DNA of 63,192 nucleotides, the filler included, from Octopus bimaculoides (Eukaryota): the NCBI RefSeq assembly GCF_001194135.2. It is 10 parts of 7 records of this genome, joined end to end, with 100 filler letters (N's around TTAATTAATTAA, not from the genome) between each part and the next. Parts side by side here need not be neighbours in the genome. Positions count along the whole stretch, not along the records: positions 6,130 to 31,656 come from NC_068985.1; positions 31,757 to 44,520 come from NC_068983.1; 8 more parts are not named here. One strand, 5' to 3'. Of the stretch, positions 24,429 to 37,680 are shown one piece after another (the stretch's first letter is position 1; the number at the start of each line of letters is the position of its first letter). The notes beneath the pieces are model-generated. The model ran no database searches, was not told where the DNA came from, and was given only the letters and a program-made list of their open reading frames with translations. The position numbers and the translations under genes were made by a program.

Positions 24429-25659
24429 AAGNNNNNNNNNNNNNNNNNNNNNNNNNNNNNNNNNNNNNNNNNNNNNNNNNNNNNNNNNNNNNNNNNNNNN
24501 NNNNNNNNNNNNNNNNNNNNNNNNNNNNNNNNNNNNNNNNNNNNNNNNNNNNNNNNNNNNNNNNNNNNNNNNNNNNNNNNNNNNNNNNNNNNNNNNNNNN
24601 NNNNNNNNNNNNNNNNNNNNNNNNNNNNNNNNNNNNNNNNNNNNNNNNNNNNNNNNNNNNNNNNNNNNNNNNNNNNNNNNNNNNNNNNNNNNNNNNNNNN
24701 NNNNNNNNNNNNNNNNNNNNNNNNNNNNNNNNNNNNNNNNNNNNNNNNNNNNNNNNNNNNNNNNNNNNNNNNNNNNNNNNNNNNNNNNNNNNNNNNNNNN
24801 NNNNNNNNNNNNNNNNNNNNNNNNNNNNNNNNNNNNNNNNNNNNNNNNNNNNNNNNNNNNNNNNNNNNNNNNNNNNNNNNNNNNNNNNNNNNNNNNNNNN
24901 NNNNNNNNNNNNNNNNNNNNNNNNNNNNNNNNNNNNNNNNNNNNNNNNNNNNNNNNNNNNNNNNNNNNNNNNNNNNNNNNNNNNNNNNNNNNNNNNNNNN
25001 NNNNNNNNNNNNNNNNNNNNNNNNNNNNNNNNNNNNNNNNNNNNNNNNNNNNNNNNNNNNNNNNNNNNNNNNNNNNNNNNNNNNNNNNNNNNNNNNNNNN
25101 NNNNNNNNNNNNNNNNNNNNNNNNNNNNNNNNNNNNNNNNNNNNNNNNNNNNNNNNNNNNNNNNNNNNNNNNNNNNNNNNNNNNNNNNNNNNNNNNNNNN
25201 NNNNNNNNNNNNNNNNNNNNNNNNNNNNNNNNNNNNNNNNNNNNNNNNNNNNNNNNNNNNNNNNNNNNNNNNNNNNNNNNNNNNNNNNNNNNNNNNNNNN
25301 NNNNNNNNNNNNNNNNNNNNNNNNNNNNNNNNNNNNNNNNNNNNNNNNNNNNNNNNNATTCAACTGCAAAGCAATTTTGGGAAATGCATTCTGCATTTCC
25401 TTTTTAATTTTTCTAAAAACAATAACTAAATAAATTTCGGATTGCTATAAATGTGCGTCAGTTTAAAAAGCATCTTCATTTTGAGAAAAACTTTGAAGGT
25501 TCCAAAATAGATCCACGTTTCTAATGGAAATATATATAAGAAATTATGTACCACTCCCTCTCCCATTCCTCTCATCCTATCCCTCTCTGTCCTTCTCTCG
25601 TTCTCTCTTTCCACACAAACACAAACGCGGTTTGTCAGTGGGTGTTATATCGGTAGAAA

Positions 25660-26320
25660 AATGTATTCATACCTTAGCGAGTATGAGCTGTCTACAGCGA
25701 AGGAGGAGCTCGTTAAGGCGGTAAATAGAATGGACGAGCATTTGGAAAGACTAAAATGTTTTGTTGAGGCTGTATAGGTGAAGGAAAAGGTTGTGGATCT
25801 AACTGGACTGAAGGAGCTGAGTAAGAGGACAAAGAAGGTGGACTGTGATGTGAAGTTATTACCCCCGAAAAGCATTATGGAAAATATGGAAAAGAAGACC
25901 ATTACTTACAAGGTGTACTCAATGGAGAGAAGGAAGCTGGAACAGATGGGGATGGAAAAAATTGAAATGTCATTGAAAAAACTTTCGAAGGGAATGACAT
26001 ACATAACGAAAGGGAACAGATATGGGACATTTGTTTCCAGTTTAAGACAGCGGAGGAGGCAAAGAGGTTGGCGAGTGCAACTGTAAGAACGGAGGAAGTG
26101 GTACTTCTACCCACATACCTTGGAAGAATGACTTCTAAGGTGAGGGTAGGAGGAATTTTCCGTCGGATATAGTAGTGGCTTGCGTTGCGGTAGCCGTCCT
26201 CGTTGGAAGTGAGGAGGAGGTGGTTGTTCGCCAAGCCACGGAAACGGAGGACGGAGTATGGAGAGGAAAACACTTTCGAAGGAGGAAGCCATGAGCAAAT
26301 TTGGCGGGATTTAAAACTAA
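25660..26320 (+). mobile_element. Tx1-like LINE ORF1 fragment (RRM-like), frameshifted
   Basis: Joined frames: KTITYKVYSMERRKLEQ...YITKGNRYGTFV/QFKTAEEAKRLASATVRTEEVVLLPTYLGRMTSKVRVGGI. The F.V.FKT.EEA..L and T.KV.V pattern resembles Tx1 ORF1; purine-rich coding-like composition. Confidence 0.55.
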
Positions 26321-27989
26321 ATAAAATGCAAGTTATTATTAATGTTGTGATTTTTAAATCCAACTCAGTCTACATTTAGTAGACTTAGGACCAAATATTT
26401 TTAAGCAATTGTAATTACGCATTTTATTATGTTATAATGCATAAAGGACTAACAATTATGATGTACACTTCTATATTTAATTTGGTACTATATGACTGAA
26501 GAAGATTAGGCGAGTATTTCTAACAAGTCAAGCTATCTATCACATCTAAGTGTTGGGTCTGCTGACAACAAAAAAACTCTTCCAAGTCATTCTGTTTGGC
26601 TCTTAACCTTTAGAAATCTGCTATTCATGCCATATTATATTATCATCCGAAGAGTGTAATAACATTGCCAAAGAAACATTTAATTTCTGAGACAGTGCTT
26701 TCACGAAAATATTATTCTTCATATATAAGTTCAGAACTAAATTATATCTACTCTTGAATGCAACTTAATGTTTTCAATTTCAGTTCGAATTTTCTTTATT
26801 CAGATTTCTTAATACTATCACCATTACGAAACTGGTGTTATATTAAATGATTAAGAAGAAAGAGACTAATTGACTAATATCAACACTCACTATATGGTAT
26901 TTACCATAAGTGTGAAAAAAGATTTACACAATACGATATGATAAGATATACATATTATCATCGTATTCTAATTTTTTTTTCTTTTATTCACATTATACGA
27001 TAAATTTTCATGATATTTTTCCGTGAAAAATATCTGATTTTATAAAGATTCCTTATCAGACTACCATTTAATTTTATGTTCTTAATTTCACTTTTTTAAG
27101 CGAGTCATCTCAAAATACTGATAACATTTATTCTTCTTCTAAGACATTTTTTCCAAATTTTTTATTACGCATTTTTATTTAGATTTCTAGAACTTTTTCT
27201 CGTTTTTATTTTATTAGTTTCATTTTTGCACGTTTCTAAAATATCAAAACTCACAACCTTATCTTTTAGTTCATGAATAAACATTCTATATTTATTTACC
27301 ATAAACCAGACTGATATTTGCCATTTCAAAACTGATGTTTAACCACTATAATTTTTAAATATTGTCAATATGACTACACCTTTCCATACAAAATCTCAAC
27401 TGGTTCTTTAGACAAGTTATTTCTAGAGATCACATCTTGTGTTTTGTCTAATTTTCCCCTTGTGTATGCTCTTTTTCTTTTCGATATATTATTATCATTT
27501 CTAAAAGAGAGTAATTTTGAATTCAACAAGGAAACAAATACCAATTACGAACACACATATGCCAACTATCGCTCTTTATATATATATTTCTCTCCGTATC
27601 TCTCTCCCTCCATGTCTCTCCCTCTTCCCTCACTCTCAGATATACATCGCACACTTACTCATTCCCTTTTTTGTCATTCATTCTCAAATTGGTATTTTAT
27701 GATTAAAAAATCTTTCTTTTCCAGAATAATGGATATTCTCTCTTCCATTGTGTTCAAGTACATATAATAACATGACCATACGCACTTTTGCTCTGTTCGC
27801 TCCAATTTTCAATTCTAACTTCTCCTTGCATACAAGCACATAGAAGTTTAATAATTAAAAGTAATTTATAATAATTTTAATGTACTTTTATGCTTATTGG
27901 CTTGGCAGATTAGGAATAATGCATTCAACCCAAGCTCTCTCAATCAGATGTACTTTTACAAATATTTTTCTTTCTATGCACTCTGTGTA

Positions 27990-28300
27990 CTGCATATTGC
28001 CAAACACGAACTAATTTCACGCTATTGCGGTTTCCTTTTTGTCTTGTTGACACTTTACCAACCAGGTCTGTCAAAGGCCTTTCGTTATATTTCACAGAAA
28101 GCACCCTAGCTTTGGCAATACCACCTTCGTACTTCTCATTGTTGAATTAATCAAGGATGAATCTTGCCTCGAATACGACGGTTGTATTAACGTTTCTATT
28201 TTCCTAATTAGCTCTCGCTCTATCTAGATTCGTCCATCAAAATGAACAAGCTTTATCGACTCCATTCTAATAGTCTGTTCCAGAGCTAGTTGCTCTTTGT
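27990..28300 (-). mobile_element. Possible old RTE reverse transcriptase remnant
   Basis: Ordered motifs across frames SIKL...IER.LIRK, NEKY, AFCEI*RKAFDR resemble RGIKL..KV.ER..IR / QEKY / AFVDLEKAFDRV. Confidence 0.35.
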
Positions 28301-29385
28301 TGTTGACGATTGATTCCTCAGTACCCGTATAAATAATATGCTTATCTTATTTCTGTAATCTTTGCGTGCTGTGAAAGATTCATTCAGCTTTCAGTACCCA
28401 GGAGCTCTCTATAAATGCCATCAGTGTCTGCTGGCCTACTGAATTCAACATGTAGATACTTTCTGGATGATCCGGTGCTATTTACTCATGTCTATACTGG
28501 CGCAATTGGGAAATTCACGTTGTATCTATTAGACAGATGGAAACGACTAAGCAGGTTTTCCAAGTTTTTTCATCCTCTCTCACTGTCATGTCAACTAAAC
28601 GAGTCAATTCCAAATCTGTATTCAAGATAGTGTTTCAGTCGCATACTTTGACTCAAGAAGGAGAAAATCTTAGGGAAGTTAAACACTTGAAGAAAACTCA
28701 CCGCTCTAACATAGTCAGGTCGTACACCAAACTAGTCTACATGCACCACCTACAATATTGTTCATGTCCAGGAGCATCGCCTTACGGATCATGTTTATGA
28801 ATATCGACCGTATACCGAGCATCAGGTATTTCTGAAACGGCATTGCAAATTTATCCCACATTCGAGACCGAAGTGTAGATACGGAGAACTCAAAGTGGCC
28901 AAACATCTGTGCTGAAACGCGCGTTTAGGAAATCCTGATTACGGTGATGGCTAACATATCCCAAAACACTAAGCTGAGGTTATTGCGTAGGAAACACTGA
29001 TTTTAGAGTACATGTAGGTCACGTGCACCCCACTTTAAAATCTGCCACGTAAGGAGAGAGAAAAAGAGAAAAGGAAACGAATAACATAGGTACATATATG
29101 GTGACTTGGTCAAATTAAATTGTGCGGCTGACTTCAGAAGTCACTTAGGAATCTACTAACATGAAAAAAGGAAGCAGGTGGACTATTTACGATTTTTGTT
29201 ACGAATGGAACAGAATAGCATTCCTCCTCACGTTAAATTAGGCGTCCTTATCGAATGATTTAAGAAAACAACACAATAACAAACGAACTTTCTCAAAAAA
29301 ATTTAACCTTTGGGAACAAATACGACGTACGACCACCACATGCGATAATAAAAATGAATTTAGAATTAATAAAAATGAATTTAGA

Positions 29386-29427
<42 letters not shown>

Positions 29428-31338
29428 CATGAAAAGATCAATTACTAATAATAAAATAATTGTAGAGAATTGCCGGAGCAAAAAGAACCTGAGTGTGACA
29501 TGGATAGACTATAGGAAAGCGTTTGATAGTGCCCCACATGTTTGTCTATTCAAAGCCCCTGAGATATATCAGATCCTCTCCTGTCCCCAAACTCCTACAA
29601 GGTAACATTGCCAAGTGGAATATACGTCTCCTTCTAAACCATAGTGAGGGGATGAGACAATCTAGAAACATCAACATCAAGCGAGGTATATTTCAAGGTG
29701 ACTAACTCTCCCCATTACTCTTTTGCATGGCACTGATCCCGCTCTCAAACAAACTGAGTAACACCAAGTGTGGGTTCAAAGTGTATAATATTATAGTAAA
29801 ACATCTGTTTTATATGGAATATCTGAAGCGGTTTGCTAGAAATGACGGACAGCTAGTGGGGCTGTTAACAACTGTTAAAGAGTTCAACAGCTTCCATTAA
29901 ATTAGATACCGACACTACCATCAAGGAACTTGACCTACAAGAAAGCTATAAATACCTGGGAGATGGTATGAAGGAAAAAATAAGAAAGAGAGGAAAAATA
30001 AGAAGGAAAAAATGAGAAAGGAGTATTACAGGAGAGTAAGACTCATATTAAAAACGGAGCTCAACTCCAAAATGGCATCGAATCGTTTAACACCCTGGCA
30101 CTTCCTGTAATCCAATACAGTTTTAACATCATTAGTTGGAATCTAATAGAGCTCTAACGCCTGGGCAGAAGACGAGCAAACAATTAACATCGAAGAAGAT
30201 GCACCACACAAAAGCAGACGTTAATTGTCTGCACCTACCTAGAAAGAATGAGTGAAGAGGAATGATGCAGGTAGATCTCAGCAATAGCGATGAACAAATA
30301 CTTATTTAGTATAGAGAACTAGGCGCTGCGGATTGTGTGCAAGTACGAAAGCAACACAGATCACATTCTGTTCTCAAGGAAGCTTGCAAACTTGTAATGG
30401 AACTTGGCATTAACACCGAATTACATGAAGAACATAAATCCACTGCCACCAAAGAAGCAAAACGGGTCAAGCAGACAGGAAAAAAGAATGGGCAGAAACA
30501 AATTGGGGAGCGGTGTAGCCAGAAGCCTCTGCATGGACAGTATATACTTTGAAGTCAAAATGCTGATGTAGATCAAACAACAACCCCTGAGTAGATTAGA
30601 ATCTCAGGGTTGAAAGCAGAAACTAAAGGTTTCATATTAGTGGCACAAGAACAAATCATGCTACAAATTCTACCAGGCTAACGTTCTACAAAACGGTTTT
30701 GACACTAAATGTAGATTCTGCGATACATTTGACGAAACAATAGACCATAACGTCTCGAGATATCGTTTGCTGACACCAAACGAATACAAGAAATCCCCAC
30801 GATACGGTAGGATAGTATTTACATTGAAAAATAAGTAAACACTACAAAATCAGCACTTCTGCTTACTAGTATTAACGTCATCCTGAGACAATCGTTGAAG
30901 GTAAAAATGTCACTATCTTCTGGGATTTTCCAGTCAACACCGACAGAATGATCCTGGCTGATCGACCGTAAGTCATTAAAGACAGGGAAGAAAATACTTG
31001 TAGACTAATCGATGAAAGTGTTCCTGCTGACTAAAATATATCTGTAAAGGAATTTGACAAACTAAGTAAATATAAGGACTTGTAAATTCAAATACAACAG
31101 ATGTGGCATCTTAAATCAAGAACTGTTCCTGATATTGTGGGTTCCCTAGGTATGATACAATTATGTCAGAAACATGTAGATAATATACCAGGAGAGCCAT
31201 GTATCACAGAAATCCAAAGGATTGTGCTGACAAGTACAGGCCACATCCTTAGTAAAACCCATCAATTTAAACGGCTATGTTGTATTACATGAAGATATTT
31301 TGTTACTTCCCCTGCCACGTCGCTTCCTCAAACTTTCG
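29428..31338 (+). mobile_element. R4/Dong-like RLE non-LTR retrotransposon, 5'-truncated, decayed (RT, CCHC, restriction-like endonuclease, start of 3' UTR)
   Basis: NLSVTWIDYRKAFDS, KRGIFQGD*LSPLLFCMALIPL, HLFYMEYLKRFA, KEYYRRVRLILKTELNSK, PLHGQY, KCRFCDTFDETIDH, WDFPVNTDRMILADRP, KEFDKLSKYKDL, TVPDIVGSLG. Confidence 0.92.
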
Positions 31339-31656
31339 AAAATGAAGATAACCGAAGAACTGAAAACCACAGATCTTAGAATGGACCACAGATTATATCT
31401 CCCAAAAATCAAAATAGACAATAAAACAACATCAATAATAAATAGCATAAACCTGGCCGTCACGGAACTAACAACCACAGAAACAACAGGCAATATCACT
31501 GAGCTAAATGACATGATATATGCGGCAGCCACTGCAGCCACAAAAGAAGCAGGATACTCACTCAAACTCATCCGAACAGGAGTTCTACCACCCAAACAGA
31601 CCTTGTGGATAAATAACATCCAGAACAAAATTTAAAAAAAGTGAAAAGATTTATCG
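31339..31656 (+). mobile_element. N-terminal ORF segment of an R4/Dong-like element, fused after the 3' UTR
   Basis: RLYLPKIKIDNKTTSIINSINLAV...NITELNDMIYAAATAATKEAGY...KQTLWINNIQNKI resembles the pre-RT region LPKL.....IT..N.LIYAAA....P.W..RL..KI. Confidence 0.7.
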
Positions 31657-31756
31657 NNNNNNNNNNNNNNNNNNNNNNNNNNNNNNNNNNNNNNNNNNNN
31701 TTAATTAATTAANNNNNNNNNNNNNNNNNNNNNNNNNNNNNNNNNNNNNNNNNNNN

Positions 31757-31815
<59 letters not shown>

Positions 31816-32095
31816 TGCATCCATATTTCTTTGTGTACGTGTAGATGAATAGATATAATCGTGTGAATATGAAGGCTTGTACACAAGCTTTTGACGTATA
31901 ACTTGGAGTGTGCATTTATTTTGATTACATTGCCAATGTACTCCATGTACCTAAGAAGTACAAAAAAACCTAACTGATCTGTAGAAAATCATATAGTTAT
32001 AATATATATTCGCAATTTTGAATATTTATACACATTAATCTTCGGAGATCGGTATACGTCTGTTTAAATATATTCATGTACATATTAACACAAAT

Positions 32096-32138
<43 letters not shown>

Positions 32139-32599
32139 CGGAGTAATAATGGAAGAATTACAGTAAATAAGATTTTCAACTTTAACGAGAAGCTTATAAA
32201 TTCTGTATTCATATATATATATATATGACGCATTATTCTGGAAAGATAAACGCTATTATTTAAAATTATCCCAAAGCTAGCAAGATTTTCAGAAGTAGCA
32301 TTAATGTAAGTCTTCTAGGAGTTTATTTCTGATGATACATTACATAAACTCTATGTTGCTTTCATGCGCAAACACACACACACACACCGAGAGAAAATGT
32401 ATGTATGTGTGTATACACGTATATATACACGAATCTATATTTATATGCATTCATGCATGTATATGTGTATAGATATATATGTATAAATATACACGCACAT
32501 CTATGCACGAAGAGAACTCTTAACCCCACCGTCACACACACATGTATACATACAGTAAATCCTAATGAAAGAAGTACAAACACAAAAATACAACGCGAG

Positions 32600-32710
32600 G
32601 ACGTGGTACATGTAAGGTATTAGCAGACGCTCGGGGAAGGAGAGAAAGGTGGTTTTACGTTTTGAGTAAATCTCTTTTTCAGAAACAAGAGAGAGAATAA
32701 AGTCCAATAG
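32600..32710 (-). ncRNA. Repeat copy carrying a degenerate minimal hammerhead-like motif (32653-32685)
   Basis: Minus strand TTT-CTGAAAA-A-GAG-ATTTA-CTC-AAAA-CGT-A-AAA; flanks are homologous to 40400-40495. Confidence 0.5.
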
Positions 32711-33623
32711 GAATGGGAGACGGAGGGAAAATATCGCCCGTTTGCCGCCACATATTACCTCTTGCTTTCACGCAAACCACACATAATATATATCTCACTG
32801 AGACGGTAATTTCTAAACTCCTACCGGCAATCAATGTCCATTTTTCAGGATATCCTCTCGGCTCAAACTTCACTCCAGAAATTGGCGTACTCCGTTACAT
32901 AGAATCTACACTCATCTCCCGTTCATGCATTTCAGCAATAACATGTTTAAGTTCTCTAGGTTAATATCTCACTCCCTTCTTGAAACAATTACACTTAACT
33001 CACCTTGTTGCTCACGTAACTCCCCAAAGACCAAGCAACTCTTTGACTTCCACCCCACACAACAAGTATAAATGAATTACATTTTGTTAACCTGTTCATA
33101 ACTTGAACCACTCATATTCCCGTAACAGTAGTTCTGTTTTATTTGAGAGAACCTATTTATTCAAAAGCATAGACATGGCACAGCGTTTTAAGAAGTAAGC
33201 GACACTACATCATGATTATGAATTCGATCTTACAGCACGGCACCAAAGACAAGTTGTCTTGGGTTATCTATAACTTGAAAAGAGGGGAGAAATATTATTA
33301 AATTAATATTTACGACGTAATGTATATTCAAATGTGTAATACATAATGCTGCAAGTTTATATTGTAGGAAGAAGTGATATCAACACTTAGGCATCATATA
33401 AAATTATTCCGAAACGGACTATTAATTTTCATCTACAACTTCAAAGAAATGCTTATACGAGATTAATTCTAATTCTGTATAATTTAGATTCGACTTTGTT
33501 TTCACTTCTAAGCTTATATATAGAAATATACATACATACATGCAAGCATACACACGTCTTTATGTAAAGTGTATGTATGAATATATACATAGGAGCGTTC
33601 ACACATTTTATATGTAGGGTGAA

Positions 33624-33671
<48 letters not shown>

Positions 33672-33773
33672 CATACACAAAAATATAGATATAGATATAT
33701 AGAAACGTACATTTACACATATAAGGTATATAAGTGCATATATACACACATATATATATATATATACATACAC

Positions 33774-33819
<46 letters not shown>

Positions 33820-33938
33820 CATACACATATATATATATATATATATATAATACATATATGTACATATATATACATACATATATATGTATGTATATTCATA
33901 TAAGTGTACATAAATATACATATATATATGTATGAAAA

Positions 33939-33982
<44 letters not shown>

Positions 33983-34655
33983 GTATATCTATATATACAT
34001 GCATATACATACACATAATATACATATACCTAATTTTATATGTGTGTATGTATGTATGTATGTGTATAACATGATGGCTTCGCTAATATTTCAAATAAAT
34101 GTGTTAATTGATTATAAGTGCTTTGAATTCTTTGTAGGAATATTCTGTTACTGCGAAGAGAATGGCAGTTCTTAACATGGTATAGTATAGTTTTATGGAA
34201 CATTATAGCGGCATGATAAAATAGCGTTTCCGAAGAGAAATCAACTATTATGAAAGAGGTGTGAGTGTATTCGCCTGTGCATTTGCTTGTACTTTATTAT
34301 CCTCGTAAATTCAAGCGAAGTATTGACAGGTATTTATCTAAACCTCTACATATTCATTCACACACTTATATATACATATAGGTGCACATAGGCACACACA
34401 TACACTTATAAACGTGAGAGCATACATATACGCATAGGCGCACACAGATACTCGTATTTAAATATAACATTTATTATCTATAATGCTATCTTTTTTATGC
34501 TTATCCATCTATTTATCAATTTATCTCATTCTTTGTGTATGTGTACATATAATTATTTGTGTATGAAACTTCATATGTACATATACATATATACCTACAT
34601 ATATATATTGCGCAAGTATACACCCATATATAGAGCTAAACACAAACACACACAT

Positions 34656-34701
<46 letters not shown>

Positions 34702-34753
34702 GTATACATAAGGATATACACATACACACTCGTGTGTGTTGTGTGTGTGTGTG

Positions 34754-34795
<42 letters not shown>

Positions 34796-34826
34796 TATAT
34801 GTCTATAAATAGACAGATGAATAGAC

Positions 34827-34857
<31 letters not shown>

Positions 34858-34863
34858 TATATA

Positions 34864-34896
<33 letters not shown>

Positions 34897-37299
34897 AAGA
34901 CAAAGACACGCTCACACTCATATGCACACATATATTTGTAGGTATTTGTCGTAATGCGCTTGTATGTGTAGGTGGTGATTGTGCTACATGCCTACACGTG
35001 TAGTTTGTGTGTATTTCTGTATCATTGTATGGAATTATATACATACTCATATCCTAATATTAACGCATATTTCATAGTTAGTTTTACGTCTGTATCATAG
35101 GGAGCTTAACGACGCAATATTTAATTTCCCCTTTTCCCTATCAACATATGGATTTGCATCAATTTCAGTGATGTATCTCAAACATTACTTCCTACTAAGT
35201 GCATTAGAATGTAAATTCCTACATATTAGGAATACATACATTTCTACCCTTAATCTAGTACACCGGTGAAGGAATGTGAACCTAGTTGCATTGTGGGTTC
35301 GTTTCAGTTTGTACTACAGCCACTCAACGTACTCCGCACAATTTCTTTCAATGCACTTCTACATATAAGTGTTGGCTGTTATCTCGCTTGTGTAAAACAT
35401 ATTGTTATGTAAAAAATAGTGGAATCAAATATAGGCGATAATCATACGGATAGATATGATGGGTAAATATTTCTCCTAAATGACAGCATACACTTTTAAG
35501 TATGTGGAGAACATATTCAATAATACATTTCTACGCTCTTTCTACATTCATTTCATATCAATATTGACCGATATCTAAAAACATGTGTGTATATATGTGT
35601 GCATTAGGAAGAGAGAGGGACAAAGAGAAAAGGAAAGAGGGGACATATGCATTCCCATAAAAAATGCATTTTTTTTAGGTTTTCTTAGAATGTTATTTAG
35701 AATTTCTCCAAGATGTTTATATTTAATATTGCTCTGTTGCTTAAAAGAGTAGAAAGGTGCATACACAGAAACCTTTTCAAGCAATTCTGATGAGACAGAT
35801 GAGATAGTTTGTATGTAGTTTGTTTCCAAATAGGTCGACAACTCCGATGAAATATCTACAGGAAGAATATGTACGAGGGAATGACACTTTCAGAGAAGAA
35901 TAGGGCGATTATAGATTCATAGAATATTTGAATATAGTAACACAGTAAAATAAATGAGGAGAAAAAAGCAGGAGTGACGAATAAAATGGGGAACAGAAAG
36001 TATGCAGATCGATAAATCAAAGAAATCTTTGTTTTAAAATGCTGGGGAGAAAAACAGAGAGAATGATTCTGCAATTATGAGCTACTATAAAGCTACGTAA
36101 AGAAAGTAGGAAACTGGGTCTCCACAATCATTCGAATGAACTTTTAGTTGATGCAGCAAAAGTTGTTCGGGTGTCACATCAATAAGCTTGTATTGGTTTT
36201 ATATTACCTTTTTAAATGGTTGATGCAGGATTTTTTTTTCAACATAGAGAATAAACCTAAATAATAGAATGGAGCTTCAATAATCATTATGTATGTGAAG
36301 CCCTTATAAAAGATCAATAATTTTGAATCTAAGCCATGGATACATACATACACATACACACGGGCGCACAGACTTATATATGCATGAGTGTCTGTGTGCG
36401 TGTGTATGAGTGTGTGTGTGTGTAAATAAACATACATACTTACATATACACATAAATAATGCATACCTACATACGTACAATATGGCACCGAATTCTTTTA
36501 CCTCAGTATAAGGGGAGAATGTATATGTGTGCTATTAATATTTCTGTAATGAATACTATTGTCAAGAAATTTTGCTATTAATATATACCTGGTGAGGAAA
36601 ATTTCTTTATCTACTTTTAGAAAAAAAAATGCGAAGATCATCTTTTATTATAGAACATCTTAAGAGAAAAAAAAGCGGTGAAGTATTTCTGAAGCTCAAC
36701 ACGTTGGATTACTAATACCTACACCATAACTGCACAGGAGACTAGGGGCAGCTATTGCAGGTTGTGGAGGTATGAAATTAAATCCCATGTGGCTGTCGAA
36801 TTGACCCAATACCAGGATCAATTCAGCAAAAAGAATAGGAAGATCTTTCATTAGGTTACTTGTGAAGATTGAAAACTGAGTGGAGTATAAGTGTTCAGTT
36901 TGCAAAGAACTACTACAAAAAGCATCCTGTGCTGAAGACAAATTGCCTAGTAACCCAAAAAATCACCAGAATCACATAACAAATAAGAATTTGTCTTGAC
37001 CAGTGAATTTCTTTCATCAAAAGATCATAAATACGGCCCACCACCGATGTGATTACCATAAAACTGAGACGAGCATCATGGGTGAGCAGCAATTGATTAC
37101 GAATAACGTGGGACAGTGAGTAAAACAAAAGTAATGAGTAAATACAAAACAAAATTTTAACATTAACAATTATATGAAGAATATTTACTACACGAATCGA
37201 TAGAAAACTGATCTGCCTGATGTTATCCATAATAGACCCAATAGCAAAATAAGAACTAGCAGAGACTGAAACCCCTAAACTTTGGATATAGAATGTTCC

Positions 37300-37680
37300 A
37301 GAAATATTCACAAGTTACTACCCTCCAATGAGTTATGACAAAGGTTCTGTCGAATTAGAACGCTATAGAGAGGAGGGATTGTCCTGATTGCCTCACCAAA
37401 CGTGCACCAGGACCAGATAAAGAATACTGGTGGAATACTACAATAAAAACTGGAACATCGTGTAAGAATAAACAGACAGATAGATATATATGGGACAGGG
37501 AGAAAATGATGTGCACCGTTGAAGACATATTTTTCTCAGTGGATAGGAATAACTCAACAAATATTGAGGAACTGACGAATGATTTACAGCTCTTATAACC
37601 AGAGTATAGATTTTCATTTGCTCAAATTATCAGAGGTGAACTGGGCTACGTAACAACCGATTTTCCTACAGGGAACAGAC
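37300..37680 (+). mobile_element. Second RLE non-LTR family, endonuclease domain remnant
   Basis: SYYPPMSYD then KEYWWNTTIKTGTSCKNKQTDRYIWDREKMMCTVE...NDLQLL*PEYRFSFAQIIRGELGYVT, resembling EYWWN..IKT..KC.HN.PDI..WD and LQLLYP.Y.F...PII.GALG.V. Confidence 0.65.

Noticed and set aside
28905-28930. GAAACGCGCGTT, resembling the 3' half of a dimer-type hammerhead
   Set aside because: No CUGANGA, stem II or stem I partner upstream.
32790-32970. Minus-strand RGYPEK motif suggestive of Penelope RT
   Set aside because: A single short motif with no supporting neighbours.
34138-34179. 42-nt plus-strand micro-exon candidate (EYSVTAKRMAVLNM)
   Set aside because: Moderate donor (GTATAG) and no recognisable homology; such site pairs are expected by chance in 60 kb.
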